Shown here piece by piece: positions 25,772 to 40,028 of a stretch of 64,000 bases of DNA. The stretch is taken from contig NMRA01000687.1 of the NCBI GenBank assembly GCA_002633005.1, forward strand, positions 1 through 64,000, read 5' to 3'. The notes beneath the pieces were generated by a model, which was not told the origin of the DNA, did not search any database, and worked only from the letters and a program-made list of their open reading frames with translations. Source of the DNA: Phoronis australis. Lineage: Eukaryota > Animalia > Phoronida. Both the position numbers and the translations under genes were made by a program. Positions within the stretch are counted from its first letter, which is position 1. The number at the start of each line of letters is the position of its first letter.

Positions 25772-27278
25772 TCTATGCACGGTCATCAAAATTGGACCTC
25801 CCACAATGTGATTGACATATGCAAAATTGAAGGTTAATTCTATCATTGAGCGACCTTCCAAGAAGTGACATTCTGTAACAAGAAGCTGTGTGATTTAAAA
25901 AAAACGGAATACAGAAGTAATCAATTCCATCAGTGTGACTTCTCTCCGTGAGCAGTAGGTTTTTTCAATAAAAACACAAAATGGGTGACTGCGTGGATGG
26001 CCACGACGGATCTCTCAATACGAAAAGGTTTATTACTTCAATAAACAGAAAATGAACAGCTATTGGGGCTATCTGTTTGGTTATCAACCTTTAACTAATT
26101 TTTTTCGACAAAAAAGGAAGAAATACACTGACGTAACGGAGGACTTGAAAAATATAGTTTTGCATCGAATTTAACTGAAAAAAAACAATGAATTAACGTT
26201 ATGTGTAAAAGCTGTGCCTTAAACACTTTATCGAATTTTTGAAGTACTTGCACGAATGACTAAGTGCAAATTTAAAGTGCTTTTATGCTATCTGTGCTGC
26301 AAACAATTGGACACTCTAACAATGATGTCCTTGCTAGTGCCATTAAGAGGTAAATCAAGCAGTGGTAGTTGACAAACGTTTCATGAATTTTCTCTTCCGT
26401 TTGTTTCACAGTCTTGCTTTTCTCCGCTATCCCTGGTAGTCCACGCCTATACAAGTTAACACGAACTAATTATGACGCCTGAAAACTTTAGGGAAGCATA
26501 TGCCCCACCCCCGCTTCTTATGTCCCTTTGTAAATATTTACTTTGACGTGGAACATTCCCTGGTTGACATCAAATTCATCACAACCTTTCCGTCAACTCC
26601 AACGCACCTATTCCATGTTCAGGGCACAGGTTACGTGTTGCTTTCAGGTATCACGTGGAGTTGTTCGTCAATTGTTAGTGAAACAACTTTGAATGGAGTT
26701 GGCTGCCACAACACCATACCACTCTAGTCCACTCGTCAGTGAATTGTTGCACGAATGAAATCAATTGGCTGATACCAACAGCTAATAAAAATCCTCCACG
26801 GGTTGTCGTCATGCTTTCTTTGAAGGNNNNNNNNNNNNNNNNNNNNNNNNNNNNNNNNNNNNNNNNNNNNNNNNNNNNNNNNNNNNNNNNNNNNNNNNNN
26901 NNNNNNNNNNNNNNNNNNNNNNNNNNNNNNNNNNNNNNNNNNNNNNNNNNNNNNNNNNNNNNNNNNNNNNNNNNNNNNNNNNNNNNNNNNNNNNNNNNNN
27001 NNNNNNNNNNNNNNNNNNNNNNNNNNNNNNNNNNNNNNNNNNNNNNNNNNNNNNNNNNNNNNNNNNNNNNNNNNNNNNNNNNNNNNNNNNNNNNNNNNNN
27101 NNNNNNNNNNNNNNNNNNNNNNNNNNNNNNNNNNNNNNNNNNNNNNNNNNNNNNNNNNNNNNNNNNNNNNNNNNNNNNNNNNNNNNNNNNNNNNNNNNNN
27201 NNNNNNNNNNNNNNNNNNNNNNNNNNNNNNNNNNNNNNNNNNNNNNNNNNNNNNNNNNNNNNNNNNNNNNNNNNNNNT

Positions 27279-30030
27279 TTATTAAGTGATGTATATTAAT
27301 TAATTGATGTATGTTGTGGATGGTGTATACTTGTTGAATTGCTATTGTGTAACATGTTCATTAATTGATCTCTTCCTCCTAAAGATTAAGAAGACGACAG
27401 ACGGCGGCCGCCAGGACATCAAACAGGTCAAGTATTCAATTATTTAAATTGTCAGTATCATCATGTATAATACTTGTCATGTATATTATTGTTCATGTGT
27501 TTTAAGTATATTAATTGACCTGCTTCCATTTTTATAGTGTGTCGTGTGTATTAATTGTCAAGTTATTATGTTTGTGTCGTGCATATTATCTGATTTCTTA
27601 CCGTGTATTGTGTTACGTGTAAATTAATTGCAATTTTATCAATGGTATTATGTGATGTATATTACTTGATTTTGTATCATGTATGTTGTGGGTGTTGTAT
27701 AATTCTTGATTTGCTACTGTGTAATATGTATATTAATTGACCTATTCCTCCTAAAGATTGAGAAGACGACAGACGGCGGCCGCCAGGACATCACACAGGT
27801 CAAGTATTGAATTACTTAAATTGTCAGTGTTATCAGGTATAATATTTGTCGTGTATATTAAATGACTTTTTATTATGTTCATTGTGTGTTTTATGTATAT
27901 TAATTGACCTGCTTCCATGTTTATTATGTGTCGTGTGTATTAATTGTCAAGTTATTACGTTCGTGTGTCTTGCATATTATTTGATTTCTTACCATGTATT
28001 GTGTGACGTGTACATTAATTGCAATTTTATCAATGGTATTATGTGATGTATATTTCTTGATTTTGTATCATGTATGTTGTTGGTGTTGTATATTTCTTGA
28101 TTTGCTACTGTGTAATCTGTACATTAAATGACCNGACAGGAGGCGGCCGCCAGGACATCACACAGGTCAAGTATTCAATTACTTAAATTCTCAGTATTAT
28201 AATGTATATTGCATCTCGTGTATATTAATTGGCTTCATATCATGTTCATTTTGTGTTTTATGTATATCAATTGACCTGCTTCCATGTCCATTATGTGTCG
28301 TGTGTATCACACAGGTCAAGTATTCAATTACTTAATTTCTCAGTATTATAATGTATATTACATGTGTATATTAATTGGCTTGATATCATGTTCATTTTGT
28401 GTTTTGTGTACATTAATTGACCTGCTTCCATGTTTATTGTGTCGTGTGTATTAATTGTCAAGTTATTATGTATGTTTGTCGTGCATATTGTTCGATTTCT
28501 TACCGTGTATTGTTTGACGTGTACATTAATTGCAATTTTATCAAGGGTATTATGTGGTGTATATTATTTGACTTTGTATCATGTACGTTGTGGGTGTTGT
28601 ATATTTGTCGAATTGCTACTGTGTATTCTGTACATTAATTGACACATTCCTCCTTAAGATTAAGAAGAAGACAGACGGCGGCCGCCAGGACATCACACAG
28701 GTCAAGTATTCAATTTCTTAAATTGTCAGTGATATTATGTAAATCATTTGTCGTGTATTTTAATTGGCTTTTCATCATGTTCATTTTATGTTATGTATAC
28801 TAAATGACCTGTTATCATATTTGTTGTTTGTCGTTTACATAAATGGACCTTTTTGTTTATTGTGTGCCGTTTATACTAATGGACCTGTTGTCATGTTTAT
28901 TGTTTGTCTTGTGTATGATTTTGTTTTGTTATCATGTATTTTGTGTAGTGTACATTGATTGAATTGTTATCGTGTGTATAGACTGATGTATAGTAATTGA
29001 CTTGTGATCATGTATGTTGTGGTTGGTGTGTTTGTTGAATTGCTTTTGTGTATCATGTACATTGATTGATGTACTTAAATTCTCGGTGTTATCATGTATA
29101 TTACAAGTCGTGTTTATAGATTGACATTTTATCATTTTCGTTGTGTGTTTTGTGTATATTATTTGACCTTTTTCATGTTTATTGTGTGTCGTGTGTATTA
29201 ATTGGCAAGTTATTATGTTTGTGTGTCGTGCATATTATTGATTTCTTAAGATTATTGTGTGACGTGTTTTTTAGTTGCAATTTAACAAGGGTATTATTTG
29301 GTGTATATTACTTGAATTTGTATCATGCGTGTTGTGGGTGTTATAGGGTTGTTGAATTGCTACAGTGTAATTTGTACTTTAATCGACTGATTCCCCCTAA
29401 AGACGGACGACAGACGGCGGCCGCCAGGACATCACACAGGTCAATATTCAATTACTTAAACTTTTTGTGTTATCATGTACGTAATTTGTAGTGTATATTA
29501 ATTGACTTTTTATCATGTTCATTGTGTTTGTTGTGTATATGAATTGACCTGCTTTCATGTTTATTGTGTGGCATGTGTATTAATTTTCAATGAATTATGT
29601 TTGTGTGTCGTGCATATTATTTGATTTCTTACCATGTATTGTTTATCGTATACATTAATTGCATTTTATCAATGGTATTATGTAGTAAATATTACTTGAC
29701 CTTGTTGTGGGTGTTGTATATTTGTTGACTTGCTTCTATTTTTCATGAACATTATCTGATCTGTTCCTCCTTAAGATTAAGAAGATGATTGTCGGCGGCC
29801 GCCACCACATCAAACAGGTCAAGTATTCAATTGCTTAAATCGTGAGTTTTATCTTTTATATTATTTGTGGTGTATACAATTTGACTTTTGTCACGTTCAT
29901 TTTGTGCCTTGTTTATTGACTTATTATAATGTATACCGTGTGGCGTGTATTATTGTATACTAACTGAAGTTCAGGAGGACAACAGACTGAGGCCATCCCG
30001 ATATGAAATAGGCCAAGATATAAGGTAAAC
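27279..30030 (+). repeat. ~372-bp TG-rich tandem satellite with a conserved GC-rich core containing a NotI site
   Basis: GCGGCCGC at 27404, 27776, 28143, 28678, 29417 and 29795; diverged final core at ~29970-30020. Confidence 0.9.
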
Positions 30031-33000
30031 ATTTTCGAGCAACGTGAATGTTAAAATATCAAGAAATGCAGAGAATGTAATTTGTGATGGGTTTTTATTA
30101 CTTGCACCGAACGGCGTGATTTGTGTTTTGTCGACTTTGTAATTCTCGCTGCAGGTTTGAGGCCACCATAATACCCACGAACAGACAAGATTTCGGGGAG
30201 AGTATAACTTTTGTCTTGCGCACGTGTTTTGTCACCTCAGAAACACGTTGCTTTTGTTACCATAATCACGTACTACAGCGTTTATTGAAGTTTTATGCTT
30301 TTATGATAGATTAAGATATTTTACTTACCATGGNNNNNNNNNNNNNNNNNNNNNNNNNNNNNNNNNNNNNNNNNNNNNNNNNNNNNNNNNNNNNNNNNNN
30401 NNNNNNNNNNNNNNNNNNNNNNNNNNNNNNNNNNNNNNNNNNNNNNNNNNNNNNNNNNNNNNNNNNNNNNNNNNNNNNNNNNNNNNNNNNNNNNNNNNNN
30501 NNNNNNNNNNNNNNNNNNNNNNNNNNNNNNNNNNNNNNNNNNNNNNNNNNNNNNNNNNNNNNNNNNNNNNNNNNNNNNNNNNNNNNNNNNNNNNNNNNNN
30601 NNNNNNNNNNNNNNNNNNNNNNNNNNNNNNNNNNNNNNNNNNNNNNNNNNNNNNNNNNNNNNNNNNNNNNNNNNNNNNNNNNNNNNNNNNNNNNNNNNNN
30701 NNNNNNNNNNNNNAATAATTAAGGAAAAACATATTAAGTTTTTCCAACACCACACAGTAAACAACAAGGACGCAGCAACTTTAAATCCAAATTTTGATAC
30801 TCATGTTTGAGCACATTGGCTCTCTACCAAAACAGCTGTTGAAATGCAAACTAACTATAGAACAATCACCCGGGGTCATGATGCAAGGCAGCAGGCATGT
30901 CTTTGACATGAAGTCTGGGTTCAAGTCCCAGTGACCCCTACATTCCCATAGAAAGTTTGCTTTCAACATCCCAGAGTCAGAATACTAAACAGAAGATACA
31001 AATCAATCACATGGCACTGGGTAATTCTATCTTTTTCGTAAGTTTGTCAAACTGAGTCTCTGAATAGGACAATTCCTTGCTTGGTGCTCATAATTTCTCA
31101 CGTGGGCGCGTTGCTAAAACTTAACATATGCTTTTTATCTCTTTCAGCAATCATTGGTTTAGCCAATGAACAATACTTGGGACGGCGAATGGTCATCCTT
31201 TCCCTGTGCTTCAAGGTGACTTCCCGTGATGCGGCCAAAACGAACCTCTGTGCCGAAAAACGAGCAAAGACCCACAAAAATTCTCACTTTTGTTGACATG
31301 GAATGTCTTAATTTGCTTTTGAAATTGTACTAAGCAACTATAATAATTTTGAAAATAACTTGTACCTTATTTTCCCATGGTATAGCTTACTAATATTTTC
31401 GTATTAAGCTTGCGTTGGTTCGTTTGGTAAACTTATCCAAGCCAATGCGTATTGTATTTTCAATAGGTCTGCTATGTGCTTTTGTCACTATTAAGGTTCT
31501 TTGGTTCATTTCGTATTGTAATGTGCCGTACCATCAACAATTAGCTCCCATAATCAGAGAACTTTTGTTGGAATTGTTCGACGAAACTTTTTATGTAGCT
31601 GTCATTCGTTATGCAATTTTTATACCCCAGGTAGTGATCTCTTATGTTTTCATGTCATATCACTTTTCCCTTTTTTCTGTGCTTATTTATATCTTTATTT
31701 AATGCATACTTTGAAATTGATGACAACTATATGTGCGTAACAAGATTTATCGTTCATGATCCTATTTACGACCGTGCACTGATTTCTCAAAATTTGTTTT
31801 TTAAGAAAGGACTTTCTTCAAGTGTTCACATACGGAGTCATGCTGCTAAGTGTCTCTAATAACTCACACAGGAGGTTATTCCCTGTAAGTGTATATGATC
31901 ATGTCGTTCGGAAAAGATTATCAATGAATTCCATTTATTTTCTCATTTTCTGCCTATTTGACGTTTTCTACTTCATTTTACTTGTAAAGAAATTTGTTAA
32001 TGAGTGATGCCGTGTTTATAAAAGAATATCATCCCCTGAGCGACTACTGTGACCCGCAGTGTCACGGTTTATAAGTTGGTTGTAGCCAAAACAAAAATCA
32101 CACTGCGCATCAAGCAATGTGACATCTTATGCAGGACTGCGTTCTGTAGACACAAGAATCTTACGAAAACTCAAGAACACACTAGAGTTCATGAGATATC
32201 GTCATGTATTACGTCTTGGGTTTCTACTGGGAACCAATACGTGTTCCTTGGTTAACGGAACCTTAACGTCTCATTCACAAAACACATAAATCTGAAGCCA
32301 TCCATTGAACACTCGTCACCTCACCTTGGCACCACGTATATCCTAAGTGTTGGAAAATCTGTCGCGATGTTTGATAACTTATAATAATGTGTATTTATTG
32401 TTAAAACTGTAATTGATTATATGAATATTAATAATGATGCTGTTGAGTTTGTGATCATTTTTGTTATCTATCGTTATTATTGCGCATAATCGCATACGCA
32501 GCACGGGAAACAGTGGCTCTGTCTGGATATATTACGCGATCAGTATCAAAACTGAAACCAACGACGTTTGCTCAACGAGTCATTTGGCATTAGGTTTGAG
32601 GATATTTAGACAAAATTGTACATGAAACCTTTTGTTTTCTTTTATTATAATTTCTTTGACAAATTCAGGTAAATAAGCCCCTATGAAAGATTTGTAAGAA
32701 TTTCTATTATGCGATATAAAACAAAATAAGGAACAAAGGCCGTTTCTACTCGTTTAAAGAATTTTCGTCAAATAAGTGCGATTACAATAGCTTAGTGGCT
32801 TTAGTCAGTCATGCTAAAAAACATCTGAGATGCTAGAAAATACCGCATAAATCCAAGCGAGTTGCACAGTACGGGCTCATATACTAGCCAGGATAGACAA
32901 ATATGTGACTGAGCAAGACCAGTCATAGAGTCAAATCATATATTATGTTCACCGAAGAGAATTTGGTCCCGGTTTTCACACAAACAGAAAGTGTCGGTAC

Positions 33001-33723
33001 CCTAAACACTCAAGATCTTCCAGAAAAAATTCTGAACGAGGTACAGATTTCAATTTTTCACGGTAGATATTGGCTCAGTTTAGGCAGGCTCAGAATTGGT
33101 ACCACCCAGAATCGACTTTCGACTTAAATGGACCAACTTTACTTTCATATATACATGTATTATATATTTTACCGTAGTTAATCTTATGTTTCAGTTGCGG
33201 GTGAGGTGAAACAGGTGACAGTTATCAGTAAAGTAGCGTAGCGTGCATCTCCTTGCTCCCGTCGTGACACCTCACTAAATGGTGCCCCCATCCTGGATTG
33301 GTTGCTGTTTAATTTTTTAACCCCTCAGTTGACAGATGCAGGCGGTCGGCGGCATATCACCCCCCCCCCCTTGATACGGCACAGAATCAGTCCCTCGGTA
33401 TATTTGCTATGAAGCACAAACCGTTGTGCAAACTGTGTTAACCTAATGTCTGTTGTGAACTGAATCATTAATAAAATAAATTGTCTTTGATGAATTATTT
33501 ACTCTTTACCTTGAATGATTGCCTTGTTATACCGTTAATGATCGTACTTTCAGAAATATTCAACGGTTGGGCTGCCGCCGGGACCGGCGACCGGTTTGGA
33601 GACTCGTAGCAACCTGCGGGGACATTGCAATATGAACGCAAAATTACAATGAGTTTTGACCGAGTGAAGACGTTTTTGCACCGAACAGAGGGCCATGACC
33701 TCCTTAAGTGCCCCCCATTCCTA

Positions 33724-34510
33724 TGTCAGTGGTTCTTACACGGAACATAAAAACCAGAGTAAGGCAGATTCGGCTGGTAGTCGCGTCCATAGTCTTCATG
33801 TATAAAAACAGCCACTGTTTGCTTTCTAATTAGACGAAGCACGCATGCTAGTCACATGATTTTGCAATAAGCAATAAACATCGGTGTGGTTTTGAGAGAA
33901 CAGTAATTAGTAGTGCTATCTGCTTATTCTCTAAAATACAAGCTTTTTACGTCAAAATTGCAAGCTAATTACATGTTCAAGAGGCCCCCTATTGGTGGTT
34001 GAGGCAAATGAGAACAGGCAAATGGGACAAAGTGCAGTTGGCGTAATGCTTCATAACCAAAATTTTCTGAAGAGACTAAATAAATTATTATGTGGCCAGT
34101 TTTTGAAACGATACATTATGGCTGCTACAGACTGCCAAATTTGGCGAGAAGCGCTTCTGTGAAAACTTGCAAAATGACCGTTTTTGCCACACAAAATCAA
34201 AACATACAAATTTTGAAATTAAATTTTGAAAGTTATGCCATTAAATTATTCAACTATAACCCATTAAATCTGCATCACTCATTAGTCAACAGCTAACATT
34301 CAAGCATATCTTTTGTGGCGCCACGTTTGTTGCGAAATGGGGGTACATTTCATAAAAAGGGAAATAATAGGTGAGAATTTTTAAAAATCGAAATTTTTCT
34401 ACATCTCACCAAAGCAAACTTAAACCCAAAGTCTGAACAAAATCTGGGAGTTTGGCTGTACTCTTAAGCTACCTGTTGGTTTTTATATGGAGTTTGTATG
34501 ACCACGACAA
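33724..34510. mobile_element. Old MITE-like element with degenerate TIRs
   Basis: TGTCAGTGGTTCTTACACGGAACATAAAAACC vs GGTTTTTATATGGAGTTTGTATGACCACGACA. Confidence 0.35.
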
Positions 34511-36154
34511 CAGCGAATTGGTTGTCGTAAAAATAATGTTGCCATCGCCTACTTTACGGAAATGTGGACTTGAGGGAGTACGCGTCTTTACACGGCTTGG
34601 TTGTGACTTTGTTGGTGGCAGCGCCTCCTCAAATACACGCCATATTCAATGGTATATTGGTGACACACACTATTGAAATGCGAGCAGAGATAAGTGTCTA
34701 TATAAACTTTAGTGGTAGGTGACGCCGGGTTTTCAAAGACAGGAATTCGCAATCCCAGATTAATGAAATTTGTAATTAAAAATGCCAATTGCAAAAGCAT
34801 GATTCCTCCGTCTGATTCCGCTTCCATCAGAATAAGATATCGAAGGCTGCTCTCGTTTCATTCAAGTAAAAACCGTTGTTAGTCCATTCAATGAGTTTTT
34901 CGGATTTGATTAGGAACTTGCAGTGTATTTTGCTTCCTACTTTGACCTAGCAACTAACACAAGTTCTATCTAAATTTCCAAAATTTGAGAAGAATTGGGT
35001 TCCAAAGGTTAACTACCAAGTCGAGTTAGTCAGTAGATACTTATTTATAGAGGGGGTTCGTGTCGAGTTGGCAAGTTATATGTTGTCGCGTTGATGAGCG
35101 CTTTTGTTTCATTACAGACACTCTTTGGTTTGTTAGCCTCGTCTGACTTTGACCGTATCATAGGTTTAACCAATCAAAATATTCTGTCAGTGTTTATTTG
35201 TAAATTGCCAATCCCTCAGTGATTTCATTCTACTCGTCCACTAGAAGTGCACAAGAGAAATTCTACAAAAAAGGAAAGCAACCATCTCAATCAATATTAT
35301 TGACTTGTGAAATTTTATCTTTTGACGCCGTTCACTAAAATGACGAGGAACAGTCTTAAAACAAAATACATACCAATTACTCAGAATTTTTCTGATAGAC
35401 GTGAACTAGGGATACATTTGTAATTGCGTCAAAATGGGACATGTGTAAAAGGAGTTCCTTCTTAGAGTTTAAATTCAAAAATGGGCTAAATCTGGGATCA
35501 GCCTCACAACAGTAGGCCTACACAAATCGGCCCCAGATTATCAGTACAATAAAACCCATGCCAGATTCAACTTAGCTATTACTATTCCACTTAGGGAGGA
35601 AAGTGAACGTGGATCGGTTTTAAAATTCTCGTGTTTGCAAAATCATCCTTGGTTTCAATTTTGCGAACAACACGAGGGACGGATGAGTATTGGACAAGGG
35701 CTCAAGACCGGAAAAACTCACCCGGCATAGACAATTTCGTGAGCAGCCGTTTAATGCCGGTACCACTTTAATACTGAGGTTCCTCTTATAATTTCTGATG
35801 TGTCCTCTTGCTTGTTATTCTTGTAATAAGAAGAATGAAAAAATATTAGATATGGCCAATCTGAGCCGGGCACTTGGATATGTGCATCAGGATTCTACCA
35901 GTGACGATACGTTGCATTAGACGGAGGTAAAACTATCTTTAAATGCAAAGCAGGTACAATTAAGATACCGGAAGTTAGACGTTTATGACGAGTTCTATCG
36001 AATAAACTAATTCGATTTAGGTCACTTACCGCTAAAAAACTGGTATCACTTCTTCTGAACTTTCATGAGACATGGTTTCTGGGACAGGGAAAAGATGACA
36101 CTTAAAGAGGAGAGACCCGAATGCTCGCGGTAACGTTATGTCAATGTTATTTCC

Positions 36155-36300
36155 AATCTATCCACATGAAACAGACTCATGCTGACATCTCACGTGGCTC
36201 ACCAGAAATGTTGGGCCATATGGTTTAGAGTTGTTCTGATCATTGTCTTGTCGCTTACCACTGCTACTCATGTATCGTGATGTAGTGTTTGGTGGTTTGG
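36155..36300 (+). mobile_element. Highly decayed Penelope-like 3' end (GIY-YIG C-terminus and tail)
   Basis: SIHMKQTHADISR..PE(fs)CW resembles a PLE endonuclease terminus and lies directly upstream of a hammerhead motif. Confidence 0.35.
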
Positions 36301-36345
36301 CTTGCTGATGATGGTTTTATGTCAATAAACCGAAACGTTGACAAG
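36301..36345 (+). ncRNA. Minimal type-I hammerhead-ribozyme-like motif
   Basis: CTTG-CTGATGA-T-GGTTT(loop)AAACC-GAAAC-GTTGA-CAAG: core boxes CTGATGA and GAAA, stem II GGTTT/AAACC, stem I CTTG/CAAG, palindromic AACGTT at stem III. Confidence 0.6.
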
Positions 36346-36771
36346 TTGGATCAAGAATCGCGTCTCACTAGTCATTCAAAGTTTCCAAGGCAGTAAATAA
36401 CCTTTAATTTGTCTAAGGAAAGTTTTGAGACCAAATTTGAAGAGCTAAGTGGTCTGAGTCAAGTTCAGTTTTCGTGACCGGAAGTGAGTTTAATGTCACT
36501 TTACTGAAATTCTTGTGGTAGGGACACGACAAACGTGTAGTTAGCGACCAAAGATGCTGTTACTTGTCAGTGGCGTGGGGGAAGGCCCAACATTTTTGTC
36601 CAGCTGTAAGTATTTGCGCAAACTGAACCACGACTGTAAATGCGCATAGCACCGAATGGGGGGAGGAAATTTTTCTGTTTTTACCTCTAAAAATCATTTT
36701 CCTTGATTCCTGAAGTATTATCCAAAAAACTTGAAAAACACGAAGAACGTATCAAACAGGAAAAACTGCAA

Positions 36772-36838
36772 GTTCCAAAGACTCGAACTCAAGTCCTGGC
36801 GGATAGAACGCGCGTTCGTTACCACTACACCACCACGA
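36772..36838 (-). other. tRNA-derived (SINE-head-like) sequence
   Basis: Minus strand TGGTGTAGTGG (A box) and GAGTTCGAGTC (B box); no proper acceptor stem. Confidence 0.45.
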
Positions 36839-37895
36839 TTTTTATCTCATACTAAGAGACCTACTTGTTTATGGTCCACAGCGTTTGCGCGCGAAACCTA
36901 CTTCTTTTTGTAATGCTTATTACACGTTTTATATTCTGTGCCATCAATTCTTAACAAATTTGTCGTATTTAAAATAGTCTTCAAATGCCCAAAAGACCGT
37001 TTTTCGTGTTGACAAAAATGACGGCATTGCTTTGGAAATCGTCTTAAGATAAGGTTTGACAAAGAGAATATTGCGAGTTTCTGAGTGATTCACTAAGGCT
37101 TCGATTAAAATTCCCATCTTACCAGCAGCTTCTGTTTTTTCATCGTCACTCAGGTTCCATTTTCTTTAAAAAATGAAATAAATTTTCTTCATTGCACAGT
37201 GGAGCAGACGACGGAAACGGAGTCGTAGNGGGGGGGGGGGGGGCGCTCCCCCCTAAATCCGCCTATGCTTAGATGTAAAAGTTAAGACTGTATGTTGCTC
37301 CCAGGTAGGTCCCGCTGTGTCACTTATGGTATATTATTTTCCACTGGTAGGTACAGCAGATAAGTCGGCGTACCGATGTTCCTCTCACTATGTACCGCCT
37401 TAAAATAAAAATTATTCTATTTTACTACATTCAAATTCATCGGCTACACGAGAAAACTAAACTCCAATTTCCTCCCAAACATGACCTTAAATAGGGAAGG
37501 CGAGTCTGTACGAGTGAAACACCAATCTGACATTTTGCACTAGGCGCTGACCTTTCACAACATGGAAATAAGTCTTTTGCTTTGACCATTTTCGGAATAA
37601 GCAACCAAATGGGAGACGTGTCACACCTGGACGCCCGACGTATATTCGTTCTATCTTTGACTTTATATCCGGTATCATCTAAAAATGCTCCCCATGACCC
37701 AGCCTTTTGACAACGGGGAAATATCTAATTTTTTGGAATAATGAAACATTCTGGTTTAACTGTTATTTTTTATTCTAGACACTATATCTGTCAAACACGT
37801 GATCTTATAACAACTAGCACACAGTGGTACAGATTTCTCACCCACTAAGTTAGAACAAAAAAGTTCGTTTCAGCTGATAAATGCGCTATATACAC

Positions 37896-38016
37896 ATGGG
37901 CGGTGCAGCACTGAAAAAAGTGGGGGCATAAGTCCCCTCAGCCCCCTGTGGTGCATCGCCTATAGACCATGTGGGGGTAGCACTGAAAAAAGTGGGGCTA
38001 TAGTGCGCAGCCCATG
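37896..38016. mobile_element. Short GC-rich MITE (CATGGGC..GCCCATG)
   Basis: Terminal inverted CATGGGC/GCCCATG with internal duplication of GCACTGAAAAAAGTGGGG; a family member lies at 1-50. Confidence 0.55.
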
Positions 38017-40028
38017 ATACACCCCAAAACAGATGTTGAAAACCGAATGCTTCCTATGCAAAAAATAGAACACAGAGGCCAGGAAATTCTCAGAACAAGA
38101 ACAATGAAACTGAACCCTTGGCACATGTTCGCTACCAAAATGCTCCCTAAAAAGATAACTGTCAAATCTCTCAGGAAAACAAACACACTACAAACACGAT
38201 CACATGCTTGCAAACATCAAATCAAAACACCCGTGGGTACATCACAATTTTAAAATAACATCACGAATATCACAATTATATCTACGTTGATAAAGAACAG
38301 TGAACACTGTGCTTAAAGACACCAAAACAGGCGTTCGTAAAACACTTAAATGCATTGATACTTGCAAAATACACCCATGTACCCTTCCACAAAATACATG
38401 TCATGCACCCTTTTCTGCCAGCACAGAAACAACCTCGCCAGAGCTCTTGCCAGCAGAGTGAGTCACTGAATGCTTCAGTGAACTAGTAACTCCATTCTGT
38501 GCACAGAAATATACTATTTTCCATGCCAGGGGGCAGTTAATGCCCACTTAATACTCTGGACATGGAAATACTATGATATAATCATGGTTATCATTAATAA
38601 CATTTACAGTACTTCGCTTCCCAAATCAGTCACGTACTGTATTTTTTTGCACTGTAAAATTGCCAAGGTTACCAGCACAACATCAATAATGCAAGCCTAC
38701 ATGGAAGCTATTACCCAACACCTGTGAACAATGCTTCAGATCACTACCAAATGCACAAAATACCTCCAATTCCATAGACGAATTCTGAAGGTGAGGTCCA
38801 GCTCCCCCTACAGACGCGGCAAAAAAAACGTGACCATTTTCAGGGGTCATGCAGACATTTTTGATTCAAAAATTGTGGTTGGTTTTCCACCATATTGTGG
38901 GCTGAACTGAAGAGCATTGATCACATACTTGCCTCAAAGCATTTGAATTGATGCCCTATACCAAGCAGGACCATGCCTCACCCGAGATGGAAAGCTACTA
39001 ACTTTTTCGGGTGAAGGGAACCCACCCTCAATTCAAGGGATTGTTTAAGTGATTCCAAACTTGAGAGGAATTTTTTAATCATTGGAAGGGAATTTTGGGC
39101 CTGTTGGAGAATTTCACGATTTTGAAATATTTATCAGAGGGCAATAGAGTCAATATTCTGCCCCAAATCCAACACATCAAGAGCCCTGTCAAATCACCCT
39201 AGTTACCACCACTAGCCTTGACTAAAGAACATAAATTTGCCCATTACAAATGGGACATATGCCCATAAATCCTCCTCCTATTGTTTCACCTCTGCCTGCC
39301 GATGTGCTTCAGAACATAAACTACATTAGATGCAGGCTATGGGGAGCTTGATGAGAATCTACCAATAGATGTCACTTTAAGTACTTGACCTAAATGTATA
39401 ATGCTGGTGAGACCAACAATCAATATTAGTTAAGAAGAAGCTTAAACACTGTGCTCAAAACCAAATTATAAGCATTCTGATTTACAAAACAAAAATTGTG
39501 CTGAGACCCTAGTAGTAGTGACCTAACAAAGATAACGTTAACTTACATTCGTAATTTTTCAAATGAGGTCTGTCTCGCAAATCGATTAGTCTTGTGTCTT
39601 TTCTGCATGTACGACAACATATAAAGTGGTTTTTCTCCCAAATGATATTCAGAATAAAATAAAAATATTGAGTTCTGGGTAACTTATTCTTGTAAACAGT
39701 CACTCCGACATCACATCAGTTCATCAACATCAAACGAGCCTTTCAACAGATACCCATTTTATGTGACTGAGCTTTCAACCATATCTTTAAAGCTATTCTA
39801 CACATTTCGCTTTCCAAAATAACGTCATAAAACGAATTGTAGCACAAACCAAATCAGAGAATACAAATGGTGCACAACACTACTACAAGAGACTATACAA
39901 ACTTAACGAGTTGCATTGATAAAATAACTTAGCACCAACATCTAAGTGGGCAGAGTTTTGTCGACACTAACGTCAAACATTCAATAAAACTACAGAAAAT
40001 GACATACAACACCTCCAGTTCAGTGAAT

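Noticed and set aside
26500-26826. Coding-looking minus-strand stretch next to the gap
   Set aside because: Multiple stops and no family recognised.
26739-30767. Long ORFs in the track spanning X runs
   Set aside because: Artefacts of N gaps.
36772-36838. Functional tRNA gene (also 16891-16963)
   Set aside because: A and B boxes are present, but acceptor and anticodon stems do not pair; treated as tRNA-derived repeats.
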